The notes beneath the pieces are model-generated. The model was given only the letters and a program-made list of their open reading frames with translations. It did not search any database and was not told where the DNA came from. A program made the position numbers and the translations under genes. Shown here one piece after another: positions 1 to 9,995 of a DNA stretch of 64,000 nt. The first letter of the stretch is position 1. Each line of letters begins with the position of its first letter. This DNA comes from Alphaproteobacteria bacterium (GTDB taxonomy: Bacteria; Pseudomonadota; Alphaproteobacteria; UBA8317), in contig JAYPQH010000032.1 in NCBI GenBank assembly GCA_038131935.1, positions 160,001 to 224,000 of the forward strand. The letters are read 5' to 3'.

Positions 1-1
1 A

Positions 2-247
2 GCAAAGGCAACTTTGCTGCATTTTCATCTTCATCATTTTACGCCTACTGGTGTGTCTGGTGTGGCTGTGCTCGCAGAAAGTCATATTTCTATTCATACT
101 TGGCCAGAAGCACATTATGCTGCTTTGGATATTTTCATGTGCGGGGATGCGGATCCTCACAGTTGCATTAAAATTTTGAAACAAGGCTTCAATGCAAAGC
201 GCATGGATGTAAAAGAATTCTATAGAGGTAAAGATATCGATGGCTGA
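2..247 (+). CDS. speD: S-adenosylmethionine decarboxylase proenzyme (5' truncated by window)
   Basis: GVSGVAVLAESHISIHTWPE self-cleavage motif and DIFMCG; frame open to the window edge; overlaps speE. Confidence 0.93.
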   Translation, partial: AKATLLHFHLHHFTPTGVSGVAVLAESHISIHTWPEAHYAALDIFMCGDADPHSCIKILKQGFNAKRMDVKEFYRGKDIDG

Positions 248-1187
248 CAAATCCATGGAAGCCGCCGAAAACGCTTTGGGCAACGTGATCATAAGTGATA
301 ATCACGCCATTGAGACTTTACATCGTCATTATAGAACAGCGTATCGGGTCGAAAATATTTTGGTCCATGACCAAACTGACGAACAAGAGCTGTTTCTCTT
401 CGAAAACGAGTTTTTCGGTAGAATGCTCATGCTTGACGGCGTCACACAACTTACCACAAGGGATGAACCTTTTTATCATGAATTGATCACCCATATCCCG
501 TTGTTTTGTCATCCCTCGCCTCAACGCATGTTGGTCATTGGGGCTGGCGATGGTGGTGTGTTGCGAGAAGCAGTTAGACACAACACCCTTCAACATATCG
601 ACTTGGTAGAAATTGACGAAACTGTGGTTAGGTTTTCTCAGCAGTACCTACCTTCTGTGTCCGCAGGTGCGTTCGATGACCCCCGTGTCCATGTCACCAT
701 TGCTGATGCTGCCGAATTTGTAGCCAAGCATAGCGGTGATCCATATGATGCTGTCGTTGTAGATTCGACAGATCCTTTTGGCCCTGCCGCACCTTTGTTT
801 GAAATTCCTTTCTATAAAAATTTGGCCAAAATTATGTCACAAGATGCTGTGGTGATGACACAATGTGGCAACCCATTTGTACAACCAGAAGAGTTGAAAC
901 TAGCCGGAGGAAGACTTGCAGACTGCTTTGCAACCATGACCCCAGTTATGATTACCGTTCCTACCTATACTGGTGGACAAATGGCATTAGGATTTGGCTG
1001 TAAAGATAAAGAATTTTTGCTGCCATCACGTGAGAGTATTAAACAGAAATTACATCAATTACGTGATGTTAAACAGCTCAAAGTTCTTAACGAAGATGTC
1101 TTTTTTGCAAGCTTTGCGTTGCCAAATTTTGTACAATCTCACGGCTTCACCTCTTTGTTAGACAGAGGATCAAGCGCATCATTGTGA
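240..1187 (+). CDS. speE: Spermidine synthase (polyamine aminopropyltransferase)
   Basis: LDGVTQ, VIGAGDGG, VEIDE, VVDSTDP and VPTY motifs. Confidence 0.95.
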   Translation: MADKSMEAAENALGNVIISDNHAIETLHRHYRTAYRVENILVHDQTDEQELFLFENEFFGRMLMLDGVTQLTTRDEPFYHELITHIPLFCHPSPQRMLVIGAGDGGVLREAVRHNTLQHIDLVEIDETVVRFSQQYLPSVSAGAFDDPRVHVTIADAAEFVAKHSGDPYDAVVVDSTDPFGPAAPLFEIPFYKNLAKIMSQDAVVMTQCGNPFVQPEELKLAGGRLADCFATMTPVMITVPTYTGGQMALGFGCKDKEFLLPSRESIKQKLHQLRDVKQLKVLNEDVFFASFALPNFVQSHGFTSLLDRGSSASL

Positions 1188-1196
1188 TCCGCTTGA

Positions 1197-1548
1197 TCAA
1201 ATGCCACCACGAACCATGTCATGCATAAAGTTGATGGCGTCCGAGAGGTCTTGCCCCTCTAAACCAACAACCCACGCATCTGAGTCAAAACTTATATAAC
1301 GCTCAATCCAGCCATCATAAAACAGTCCTACATCTTTTTCGTCACAACGAACGGGCAACCATGATACTTTATGGGTGTGAAGATCTCTCTGAGGTTGCAA
1401 AATATATCGCCCCTGTTGGTCCTGAACATCCAAAAGCAAAAATACCACCTATAGGATCCCCACGATGAACCACAAAGGCAAAACAAGCTTGATCATTCAC
1501 CATTTTACATAGACGAGATACAACAAGATCTGTGCGAACCAAAAACAT
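1197..1548 (-). CDS. DUF1491 family protein (split by an indel near 1445)
   Basis: Joining ORFs 1369-1569 and 1197-1448 gives FAFVVHRGDPIGG...FDSDAWVVGLE, the DUF1491 pattern. Confidence 0.7.
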
Positions 1549-1590
1549 GACAATACTTATCGATAACAATGGAAAACAAGTTTTGAGAGA

Positions 1591-2628
1591 TTAATCATGC
1601 AACACAATTGGCTTTCCTGTCTTTGACAAGGCTAAACCAATTTGTCTCGTGGATGGAAATTGGTAGAGAACAATCATAATAATCACGGTAAGTGGGACAG
1701 ATAACAACATACCTGTAATTCCCCAAACAGCTGCCCAACCAAATAATGAGAGAATCACAACAAATTGTGAGATATCGAGCTGGCTGCCCATCAACTTAGG
1801 TAAAAGAATATTTCCAATCAGAAATTGCATGACAAATAAAGTGACCCCTAATGCAACAACTGAATCTGGGTTAGAAAATGTTGCCAACGCAAATACTGTA
1901 GGAAAACCAACCCCTAAGATGGTTCCCACTGTAGGAATATAATTAAGAATAAAGGCCAAAAATGCCCAAAAAATTGCAGCTGGAACATCAAACCATAGAC
2001 AGATGCAATAGGTAGCAAAACCAGTAAGCAATGACATAAGTGTCATAAGATACATATATGTACGAACATCATCCGAAATTCTTTTAAGCACCGCTTCGAC
2101 ATGGGTACGTCGCGTTTCATTTGGAATGATGGCTTTCAATTTTCGTGAAAAGAAAGGTTGGTCCGCAAAAAGAAAAAGAACATAAATAATGATTGTGCTC
2201 CCGTCACTCGCAATCAGCTGAACAGAGTCAATAATTTTTTTCAAAATTTCACTTAATGACGCTTCTATACGCTCAGGAACTGAAAATTTTGTCGATATAT
2301 CAAACGTCATGAGTAGTTCATTGATAAACGTTTCGATCTTAAGGGTTGCACGCGCAAGATCGGTACTCAATTGCGCAAATGTCGAGAATATGGCGGATCC
2401 CGCCAGCCCTACCATCAACATGATCAGGAGACTTGCAACAAAAACAGGTAACCATGAAATACGACCTATAAAAGGCAGGTGCCGCACCAATGCGTCTGCA
2501 AAGGCGTTAATCATAAACCAGACCAAAAATGCTATGGCAATTGGTATCAAAAAATCTGCTGCTTGTGATAAAAAAACCAAAAGAAGCATGGCTGTGCCAA
2601 CAAAATAAAATGGTGAAGCCATTGTCAT
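1591..2628 (-). CDS. AI-2E family transporter
   Basis: Multi-TM protein with FLAFILNYIPTVG and WAAVWGITGMLLSVPLT motifs. Confidence 0.88.
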   Translation of the reverse strand: MTMASPFYFVGTAMLLLVFLSQAADFLIPIAIAFLVWFMINAFADALVRHLPFIGRISWLPVFVASLLIMLMVGLAGSAIFSTFAQLSTDLARATLKIETFINELLMTFDISTKFSVPERIEASLSEILKKIIDSVQLIASDGSTIIIYVLFLFADQPFFSRKLKAIIPNETRRTHVEAVLKRISDDVRTYMYLMTLMSLLTGFATYCICLWFDVPAAIFWAFLAFILNYIPTVGTILGVGFPTVFALATFSNPDSVVALGVTLFVMQFLIGNILLPKLMGSQLDISQFVVILSLFGWAAVWGITGMLLSVPLTVIIMIVLYQFPSTRQIGLALSKTGKPIVLHD

Positions 2629-2717
2629 CAGTAAAAAACCTACAGATCAATTGAATGATAATTAAAGTCATGCCATGGAATAGCTTCGTAAGGAAGTACG
2701 CATGATGAGGTTTTAAA

Positions 2718-3206
2718 ATGTCTGACAATTCTGTTCGCCTACGTAATATCCTTCAAACGCGGTTAGAACTCATGCCAGAAGTCGCAATGTTCAAATGGAA
2801 TCAAAAAATACCCGTGTTAGATGACGTACGCGAACAGCAGTTGCGTGACAAACTGGTGCGTGATGCCATGAAACTAGGTATCCAACAAAAAACAGCCATC
2901 ATCTTACTTCAAGGCCAAATGGACGCGGCAAAACATTGGCAAATGAACCTGATCCAAGAATGGGAAGAAAAGAATATTCATACATTCAAAGACATACGTG
3001 ATCTCACGCAAGAAATCCGGCTGGATGTTTCTCGGATATCACAGGAGTTATTAGAGCTCATTGCTGGCATGTTAAAAGAAGCTGAAACACCAGATTTTAT
3101 CAAACTCGAAACTGCACCTCAAACCATACCAAAGGCCGTATGGAATCATGCAATTATGAGTATAAGAGATGTGTTTGAGGGTGAAGCAACAGGAGCTTCG
3201 CTATAA
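2718..3206 (+). CDS. aroQ: Chorismate mutase, AroQ gamma-subclass-like
   Basis: RLELMPEVAMFKW...DDVRE...QMDAAK...DLTQEIR pattern; GAGG RBS 7 nt upstream. Confidence 0.75.
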   Translation: MSDNSVRLRNILQTRLELMPEVAMFKWNQKIPVLDDVREQQLRDKLVRDAMKLGIQQKTAIILLQGQMDAAKHWQMNLIQEWEEKNIHTFKDIRDLTQEIRLDVSRISQELLELIAGMLKEAETPDFIKLETAPQTIPKAVWNHAIMSIRDVFEGEATGASL

Positions 3207-3283
3207 AGCCCCCATCTCTTTGGTTTCCTCACAAATCTCTGCATACTTCACCAGCAAGAGCAATAACTAGGGACGCGATCTGA

Positions 3284-4606
3284 TTAATCCACTTCGCTGA
3301 ATACATCTCTCAGCGTTTGTGTTGTGAATAGCATCTCTTCCTCACCAAACATCAAAGGCGGGGACATAGCAATACTATCTCCCATAAATCTGACCATTAA
3401 CCCTTTTGCAAAGCAGCGCTTCATAATTTCCATGCCGCGTGCCCCAACTTTTCCATCACGGGTTTCAACTTCAACGGCAGCGGTCAAGCCCCAGGTGCGA
3501 ATATCAATAACATTCTTGGCATCCCTTAATCCATGTATATGTTTTGCCCAAACAGGCTCCATGGCTGCAGCATGCTCAAACATTCTTTCATCACGATACA
3601 CAGAAATCGTAGCCAAGGCTGCTGCGCAGGCCACAGGATGGCCTGAGTATGTGTATCCATGAAACAACTCAACAGGTGCATCAGCATTTTCCATCATTGT
3701 GTCGTAGATATGTTTACGTGTCATCACCGCTCCCATGGGGATAACAGCGTTGGTTAAACCCTTTGCGGTGCACATGATGTCTGGAATTACCCCCAAGCGC
3801 TCTGCTGCTGAGGATGCACCCAGACGCCCGTAACCTGTAATGACTTCGTCAAAAATAAGCACAATCCCATGTTGATCACAAATTTCTCTTAAGCGCTCAA
3901 GATACCCCACTGGTGGGACCAATACACCTGTTGACCCCGCCATAGGCTCGACAATAACAGCGGCAATTGTTGACGCATCATGAAGCGCAATAATCCGCTC
4001 AAGGTCATCAGCTCTGTCAGCCCCTGTTTGTGGCTGGCCCACAACGAACCTCTCATTATCTGGTTGATATGTGTCTCGCAAATGATCAACACCTGTAAGG
4101 AGACTTCCGAAATACATACGGTTCTTCACCATACCTCCAACGGATGTTCCACCAAAACCAGTTCCGTGATAACCACGCTCTCTGCCAATCAAACGGGTGC
4201 GACTCCCTTGGCCACGAGCTCTTTGATAGGCCAATGCAATCTTAAGTGCTGTATCAACAGATTCTGAGCCAGAGTTGGTATAGAAGGCATGATCCAAATC
4301 ACCAGGAAATAAATCCCGCAGAACATTTGCCAGTTCGAAAGCCAAAGGATGCCCAAATTGAAAATTAGGACAATAATCAAGTTCCCCAACTTGCTGGCGC
4401 ACGGCCTCTATAATACGAGGATGATTATGACCTGCATTCACACACCATAGACCAGCGGTAGCGTCTAGCACCTTTCCGCCCTCAGAATTGGTATAGTAAA
4501 GACGGTCCGCCGATACCAACATACGTGGGTTATCGTTAAAATCCCTGTTGGCGGTAAAAGGCATCCAAAATGCCTCAAGATCATTTCTATTGTATGCATT
4601 ATCCAT
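3284..4606 (-). CDS. Omega-amino acid/beta-alanine--pyruvate aminotransferase (class III)
   Basis: FWMPFTANR, AGLWCVNAGH, IFDEVITGYGR, TAKGLTN and HGYTYSGHP motifs. Confidence 0.9.
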   Translation of the reverse strand: MDNAYNRNDLEAFWMPFTANRDFNDNPRMLVSADRLYYTNSEGGKVLDATAGLWCVNAGHNHPRIIEAVRQQVGELDYCPNFQFGHPLAFELANVLRDLFPGDLDHAFYTNSGSESVDTALKIALAYQRARGQGSRTRLIGRERGYHGTGFGGTSVGGMVKNRMYFGSLLTGVDHLRDTYQPDNERFVVGQPQTGADRADDLERIIALHDASTIAAVIVEPMAGSTGVLVPPVGYLERLREICDQHGIVLIFDEVITGYGRLGASSAAERLGVIPDIMCTAKGLTNAVIPMGAVMTRKHIYDTMMENADAPVELFHGYTYSGHPVACAAALATISVYRDERMFEHAAAMEPVWAKHIHGLRDAKNVIDIRTWGLTAAVEVETRDGKVGARGMEIMKRCFAKGLMVRFMGDSIAMSPPLMFGEEEMLFTTQTLRDVFSEVD

Positions 4607-5399
4607 GTTTTTTTCTCCACTGTGGGGTACGTTTTTCTAGGAATGCCGAAATGCCCTCATGGGCATCTGGCAAAGCCATATTTTTAGCCATTACCTTGCT
4701 CGTAAAAGCATAAGCCTCGTCAAGCTCAAGTTCTGCTTGATGATAAAATGCTTCTTTGCCAATAGCGAGTGTTCGATGCGAAAAAGACGCAATGTTTTCA
4801 GCAACTTCATAGCCTGTGCGCATAAGATCTTCAGGTGAAACAACATCATTGATCAAACCACAGCGCTGTGCCCTCTCAGCACTCAGGGTCTTTCCTGTCA
4901 GCAACATTTCCATAGCCGTGTTACGACCCACCTTGCGGGATAGGGCCACCATGGGTGTTGAGCAAAACAAACCAATTTTTACACCAGGGGTTCCAAACTC
5001 AGATAATGGTGTTGCGTAGGCCAAATCCGCTGACGCCACCAACTGGCAACCAGCTGCTGTAGCCATGCCATCCACCAAGGCGATTACCGGTTTTGGTAGT
5101 TTAACAATGCGCGTCATGACTATTGAGCATAACGAAAACAAATCTTGTATAAACTGTTCATCTTGTCGATGCGCTTGCAATTCTTTGAGGTCATGCCCTG
5201 CACAAAATGCTGGCCCTTCTGCTGAAAGAAGCACTGCACCTATTGTTTCATTATCCGCAATTTCATCCAGTTTCTCCAACAGAAGCGCTAACACCCTCAT
5301 GGACAAAGGATTCCGCTTAGCACCATTGTTTAAGCGCAAATGAGCAATACCACTGTCGGATATCTCAAGCTCTACCAATTGTGCAGATAAATTCGTCAT
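4599..5399 (-). CDS. Enoyl-CoA hydratase/isomerase family protein (ECHDC3-like)
   Basis: FCAGHDLKE, ATAAGCQLVAS and GLFCSTP motifs. Confidence 0.88.
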   Translation of the reverse strand: MTNLSAQLVELEISDSGIAHLRLNNGAKRNPLSMRVLALLLEKLDEIADNETIGAVLLSAEGPAFCAGHDLKELQAHRQDEQFIQDLFSLCSIVMTRIVKLPKPVIALVDGMATAAGCQLVASADLAYATPLSEFGTPGVKIGLFCSTPMVALSRKVGRNTAMEMLLTGKTLSAERAQRCGLINDVVSPEDLMRTGYEVAENIASFSHRTLAIGKEAFYHQAELELDEAYAFTSKVMAKNMALPDAHEGISAFLEKRTPQWRKKHG

Positions 5400-5463
5400 A
5401 ATAGACTCCTATAAGGCCACCTCCTCAGTTTATGTCTTCAACCAAAAAGGTAAAGGGATTGTT

Positions 5464-6174
5464 TTGAAAATAAGCAAAAAAGGTTGTGTTATTTTAGCCA
5501 TTGTCATGGTGACAGCCTTGCCATGGTTCATTTGCGCGTTCTCAATTGCTGGGCTGAGATTTTGGAACCCTGAGAAGACAATTTTACTTGCGACAGAACG
5601 AGAACATGCCGGTACAAAAGTTCATGAATGGGTTTCGATACAGAATGTATCTCCTAATGTGGTACAAGCTTTAATAGCCGCAGAAGACAATCGTTTTTGC
5701 GAGCATAGCGGTTTTGATTTTGCCCAAATTGCAGCAGCCTTTAATGATTGGTGGAATGGTGAAGAGCTTCGTGGTGCAAGCAGCATAAGTTCACAAGTGA
5801 TTAAAAATCTTTTTTTTCTTCCTGAGAGATCTTGGAACAGAAAATTTGTTGAATTTGTATTAACCCCGGTTCTTGAACTCACACAACGAAAAAGCAGGAT
5901 CATGGAAATTTATCTCAACATCATCCCGTTTGGTCCAGGCATTATCGGTATAGAAATGGCTGCTCAACAAATTTTTCATAAAACAGCATTTGAACTTACC
6001 ATGATGGAGTCGGCCGCGTTGGCAGCCGTACTCCCTAGCCCCTCCAAATTACCGCTTGATATTGCTTCACAGCGTGCAAAACAAATTCGCCGTGAGATGA
6101 ACAATATTGGGGCCATTGGCGCATGTGCTGGGGGATGGCACCATGTCAAAGATCTTCAAGCAACCGCACACTAA
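5464..6174 (+). CDS. mtgA: Monofunctional peptidoglycan transglycosylase
   Basis: N-terminal TM, AAEDNRFCEHSGFD, RGASSISSQVIKNLF, EIYLN. Confidence 0.88.
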   Translation: MKISKKGCVILAIVMVTALPWFICAFSIAGLRFWNPEKTILLATEREHAGTKVHEWVSIQNVSPNVVQALIAAEDNRFCEHSGFDFAQIAAAFNDWWNGEELRGASSISSQVIKNLFFLPERSWNRKFVEFVLTPVLELTQRKSRIMEIYLNIIPFGPGIIGIEMAAQQIFHKTAFELTMMESAALAAVLPSPSKLPLDIASQRAKQIRREMNNIGAIGACAGGWHHVKDLQATAH

Positions 6175-7294
6175 GAGGGGGGAAACCATTAAACCCAACT
6201 GACGAATATGTGCTCGTGTAAGCCCCTGTTGCATAAATCCATAATTTATGACCCGCCGCCAAATTATCCGGTAAAGGCACGAGATTCTTTTCATACATCG
6301 TATCAACAGAGTCACAAGTAGGACCTGCGAGAATTACAGGCGACATCTCCCCCGTTACATCCACAGAAACAATTGGATAGCGAATGGCTTCATCTTCTGT
6401 TTCTGCCAGACCATGAAACTTTCCAACGTCTAGATAAACCCAGCGATGCGAGTCTACTTCACTTTTACGGGCAACCAAAACAACTTCACTGACAATAATA
6501 CCTGCGTCTCCCACCAACGCACGCCCGGGCTCGACGATCAAATTCATGCTACGCTTAGGAAAGCTATTTTCCATGAATTGCAACAAAGAATCCGCATATT
6601 TATCAACAGTGGGGCTTAAATCATCACCGAAATCTGTTGGAAAACCACCCCCTAAATTCAGAAGGTCCATGTGTATTCCATGTTTTTCTACTTCTGCAAA
6701 TATCCATGCAGCCTGCCAAATAGCTGTTTGCCACGGTGCCATATCAGTTTGCTGTGACCCCACATGAAAAGAGACACCCCTTGGCAGAAGCCCCAATTCA
6801 GCTGCAAGCAGTAAAAGGCTAATAGCCATATGGTCATCACATCCGAATTTTCTTGATAATGGCCAAGCCGCACCGGCACCATCCAAATTTGTCAAAATGC
6901 GACAAAATACTGATGATCCAGGGGCATGAACAGAGAGTTTCTGCAACTCCTCTTCTGCATCAAACGCAAATAACCTGACCCCACGTTCAAATGCATGGGC
7001 AATATCCGATGCTTTTTTAATTGTGCTACCAAAAGATATCCTGTCAGGTGCTGCCCCTGCTTTTAAGACCATATCAATTTCAGCAAGGGATGCGCAGTCA
7101 AAATTACAGCCCTCCTGTGCAAGAACATTCAAAATTTCTTCATGAGGGTTTGCTTTTACGGCATAATAAACAGCCATACCATCCATTTCCTCTGAAAATG
7201 TTCGGTAGTTATCTCGAACACGCTCCAGGTCAATAATCAAGCATGGTGTAGGCACGTTTTTATTCTTTAAAGCTTCTTCAATACGTTTCGTCAT
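6146..7294 (-). CDS. Ornithine/lysine decarboxylase, fold-type III PLP enzyme
   Basis: YYAVKANP, WPLSRKFG, SFHVGSQ, EPGR, GPTCDS; start placed at ATG 7294 behind an AAGGGA RBS, not at 7438. Confidence 0.92.
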   Translation of the reverse strand: MTKRIEEALKNKNVPTPCLIIDLERVRDNYRTFSEEMDGMAVYYAVKANPHEEILNVLAQEGCNFDCASLAEIDMVLKAGAAPDRISFGSTIKKASDIAHAFERGVRLFAFDAEEELQKLSVHAPGSSVFCRILTNLDGAGAAWPLSRKFGCDDHMAISLLLLAAELGLLPRGVSFHVGSQQTDMAPWQTAIWQAAWIFAEVEKHGIHMDLLNLGGGFPTDFGDDLSPTVDKYADSLLQFMENSFPKRSMNLIVEPGRALVGDAGIIVSEVVLVARKSEVDSHRWVYLDVGKFHGLAETEDEAIRYPIVSVDVTGEMSPVILAGPTCDSVDTMYEKNLVPLPDNLAAGHKLWIYATGAYTSTYSSVGFNGFPPLSVRLLEDL

Positions 7295-7480
7295 GATATT
7301 TCCCTTCGATAAGGAAACATTGCCAGCGTGAAACGGAAACACCGCCCAACCTGATGCAATGATGTAGTTGCCTTCCAGAGCCAGACAAACTGGCAGTTCC
7401 AAAAAGCCCTCTACGTCGTTGCTTGCCGACTTCATCAAAAGTGAGGACGATGGGCACGCGCGTTCTGGGCAAGCAGCGTA
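7295..7480 (-). promoter_or_regulatory. Structured 5' leader, candidate speF RNA motif
   Basis: Minus-strand UGCUUGCC...GGCAAGCA 8-bp pairing, CCAG-UUUGU-CUGG hairpin, and UUUCCUU-AUCG-AAGGGAA hairpin covering the RBS; upstream of an ornithine decarboxylase as expected for the speF motif. Confidence 0.6.
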
Positions 7481-7559
7481 CTAATGCATTTTTACAATAT
7501 TACAATGGAAATTATGTAACCAACCACCATATTACTAAGCAGGAAAAAGGAGTTTAAAA

Positions 7560-8099
7560 ATGAAACGATTGGTGATCGCGCTTCTTACCCTCATGCCATT
7601 TTTTTCAATAGCCCAACCCATTCAAAACACAACGGGAAAAGTTCTTTTTATTCGACACGCATTAGCGCCAGGGACTGGTGACCCAGCTAATTTTCGTATC
7701 GATAACTGTGCCACCCAAAGAAACCTCGACGATAGGGGCCGTGAGCAAGCTAGAGCTATTGGACGCCTCTTAAAAGAGCAAATCTTACAATTTCAAACAC
7801 CAATCTATTCCTCACAATGGTGTCGTTGTTTAGAAACCGCCAAATTAATGGATATGGGCGCTGTTGAGGCATTTCCCGGTTTGAATTCATTTTATACTCT
7901 ACCTGAATTCGAAGAAGAATATCTTAGAGAGTTAAAAAGGAAGCTGGCCCAACTTCCCTCTGATGGCGCTCTTGTGATTATGGTCACTCATCAAGTGACC
8001 ATCAGTGCCATCACCAACAAATATGTCAGATCAGGCGACGGTGTTTTGTACAATCCCAAAACACAAATTGCAGAGAGCTTTGCACTACCAAGCTATTAG
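7560..8099 (+). CDS. Exported histidine phosphatase family protein
   Basis: Signal peptide, IRHALAPG, CATQRNLD, SSQWCRCLETA, VTHQV. Confidence 0.85.
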   Translation: MKRLVIALLTLMPFFSIAQPIQNTTGKVLFIRHALAPGTGDPANFRIDNCATQRNLDDRGREQARAIGRLLKEQILQFQTPIYSSQWCRCLETAKLMDMGAVEAFPGLNSFYTLPEFEEEYLRELKRKLAQLPSDGALVIMVTHQVTISAITNKYVRSGDGVLYNPKTQIAESFALPSY

Positions 8100-8884
8100 C
8101 CTTGATTGAATATCGCTTTGCGTTTTTCTAAAAAAGCTAAAATACCCTCTTTACCATCTGGCGATCCCAACGCCTCAGCGACTTGGTGAGCTTCGTCATC
8201 AAGTTGCTCATCCAAGCTCGCTTGGCGCCCAGAGGAAATAAGCTTCTTTGTTTGCGCAATTGCTCCTCTTGGGCCTTCCGCCAATCTCTTTGCCATTTGC
8301 AAGGCTGTAGAAACAGCGTCACCCTTCGGGGTAATAGCATTAACAGCGCCAAGCTGGTAAAGACGAGACAATGGTATTTTATCACCTGTAAAAGCAAGTT
8401 CTGCCAAAAGCCAACGTGGGATAGCCTCATTCATAAAATGAGTTGTTCCGCCATCTGGGGTAATACCAATACGGACATAAGCCACAGAAAAATAAGCGTC
8501 CTCGGCTCCATAAACCAAGTCACAGCTCAATGCTAAAGCCGCACCAGCGCCTGCGGCTCCGCCTTCCACAGCAGCTATGACAGGACATGGGCATGCACGT
8601 ATCGCACGAACCATGGCATGCAAACGGTCTACATTTGAACGCCGTTTTTCATAATCACCTTCACTACGTTCTTTAAGGCCAGACAAATTCCCACCTGAAC
8701 AAAAGAACCCATCTGCACCAGACAAAACAACAGCGCCAGGAACATTTCCGTCCTGATAGCTTTCCAACAAATCACGAAAGCCCGTGATAAATTCATAGGA
8801 GAGAGAATTCCGTGTACCTGGATGATCATTGATCACATGGACTACACCGTCATGCTCTTCGACATGCATTTTTCCACTCATCAA
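8096..8884 (-). CDS. Enoyl-CoA hydratase/isomerase family protein
   Basis: FCSGGNL, VEGGAAGAG, GITPDGG, EGILAFLEKR. Confidence 0.88.
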   Translation of the reverse strand: MMSGKMHVEEHDGVVHVINDHPGTRNSLSYEFITGFRDLLESYQDGNVPGAVVLSGADGFFCSGGNLSGLKERSEGDYEKRRSNVDRLHAMVRAIRACPCPVIAAVEGGAAGAGAALALSCDLVYGAEDAYFSVAYVRIGITPDGGTTHFMNEAIPRWLLAELAFTGDKIPLSRLYQLGAVNAITPKGDAVSTALQMAKRLAEGPRGAIAQTKKLISSGRQASLDEQLDDEAHQVAEALGSPDGKEGILAFLEKRKAIFNQG

Positions 8885-9986
8885 GCGTCTCCTGAGAAGG
8901 CAATAAATCTATCCAAATGATGATCAGCATCACCAAGTTGATGATCAATCATCACAAGACGTTTGGCATAATGAGCGACGTCATATTCCCAACACATTGC
9001 TATTCCGCCATGCATTTGTATTGTTTCCTCAGAACATAATTTTGCTGTCCGACCAACCAAATACTTCGCAGCAGATATAAGCTTCTCGCGCTCAATCCTG
9101 TCCTGCTCTAAATGTGCGGATGCCAACATCATGGCAGAGCGCGATTGTTCACACTCAATCACCAACTCCACCATTCGGTGCTGCAATGCTTGAAAACTGC
9201 CTAAGTTTCGGCCAAATTGCTTTCGGGTTTTCAGGTATTCTAGCGTGCTATCTTTCGCAAATTCCATCGCGCCCATGGCTTCAGCGCAGAGACATAAAGT
9301 TGCCTTGGCCATGACTTCTTCGATGATACTGAAGGCGTTTTCCATCAAACAAATTGCAGGTGTGTTATGGAGCGTTACCTCTCCTGCACGTCCTGCATCT
9401 ATGGTGCCATAACCACGAATATCAAGCCCCTCAGCATCTGCTTTAACAAGATAAAGGCCTATGCCATGGCTATCGCTTGCATCTCCCTCATGACGTGCGG
9501 AAACAATCAAATAATCGGCAGCTGGGGCGTTCATCACAACAGCCTTCCGACCTGTTAGCTGGTGTGAAGATGAGACAGTGGTTTCAACTTGCGTCTGATC
9601 ATAGCGAGATGATGGTTCCGCATGTGCAAAAGCCAATTGCACTTCTCCAGAGATGACCTTCTCCAGAAGAGCTTCCTGTCCACCTACCAGATGCAAACAG
9701 CCTGCTCCCCAAACTGCGGTTGCCAGAAATGGCTGACAACAAGGCCTCGACCCAGTGACTCAAAAACAACGGTTAAGTCTTCACCTAGCCCTCCAAAGCC
9801 TCCAGCTTCTGGGGGCAAGAGTGCTCCAATCACACCCAAATCAGCAAATTCTGACCACAAGTCTTGATCAAAACCTTTATCTGTTTCAACCATTTGCAGA
9901 CGTTTTGTAACATTGTATCGATCAGATATGAATCGATCTATGGTTTCTTGAAGCATACGACGTTCTTCAGATAGCGCAAAATCCAT
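8881..9986 (-). CDS. Acyl-CoA dehydrogenase, PimD-like small subunit (split near 9715)
   Basis: MDFALSEE start, RKQFGRNLGSFQALQHR, IQMHGGIAM; restoring one base gives VVEPFLAT. Confidence 0.85.
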
Positions 9987-9995
9987 TTTGTAACC

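Noticed and set aside
7278-7472. 64-aa TTG uORF and the 48-aa N-terminal extension of the decarboxylase
   Set aside because: No RBS at either start, while ATG 7294 has one; better explained as open frames through a structured leader.
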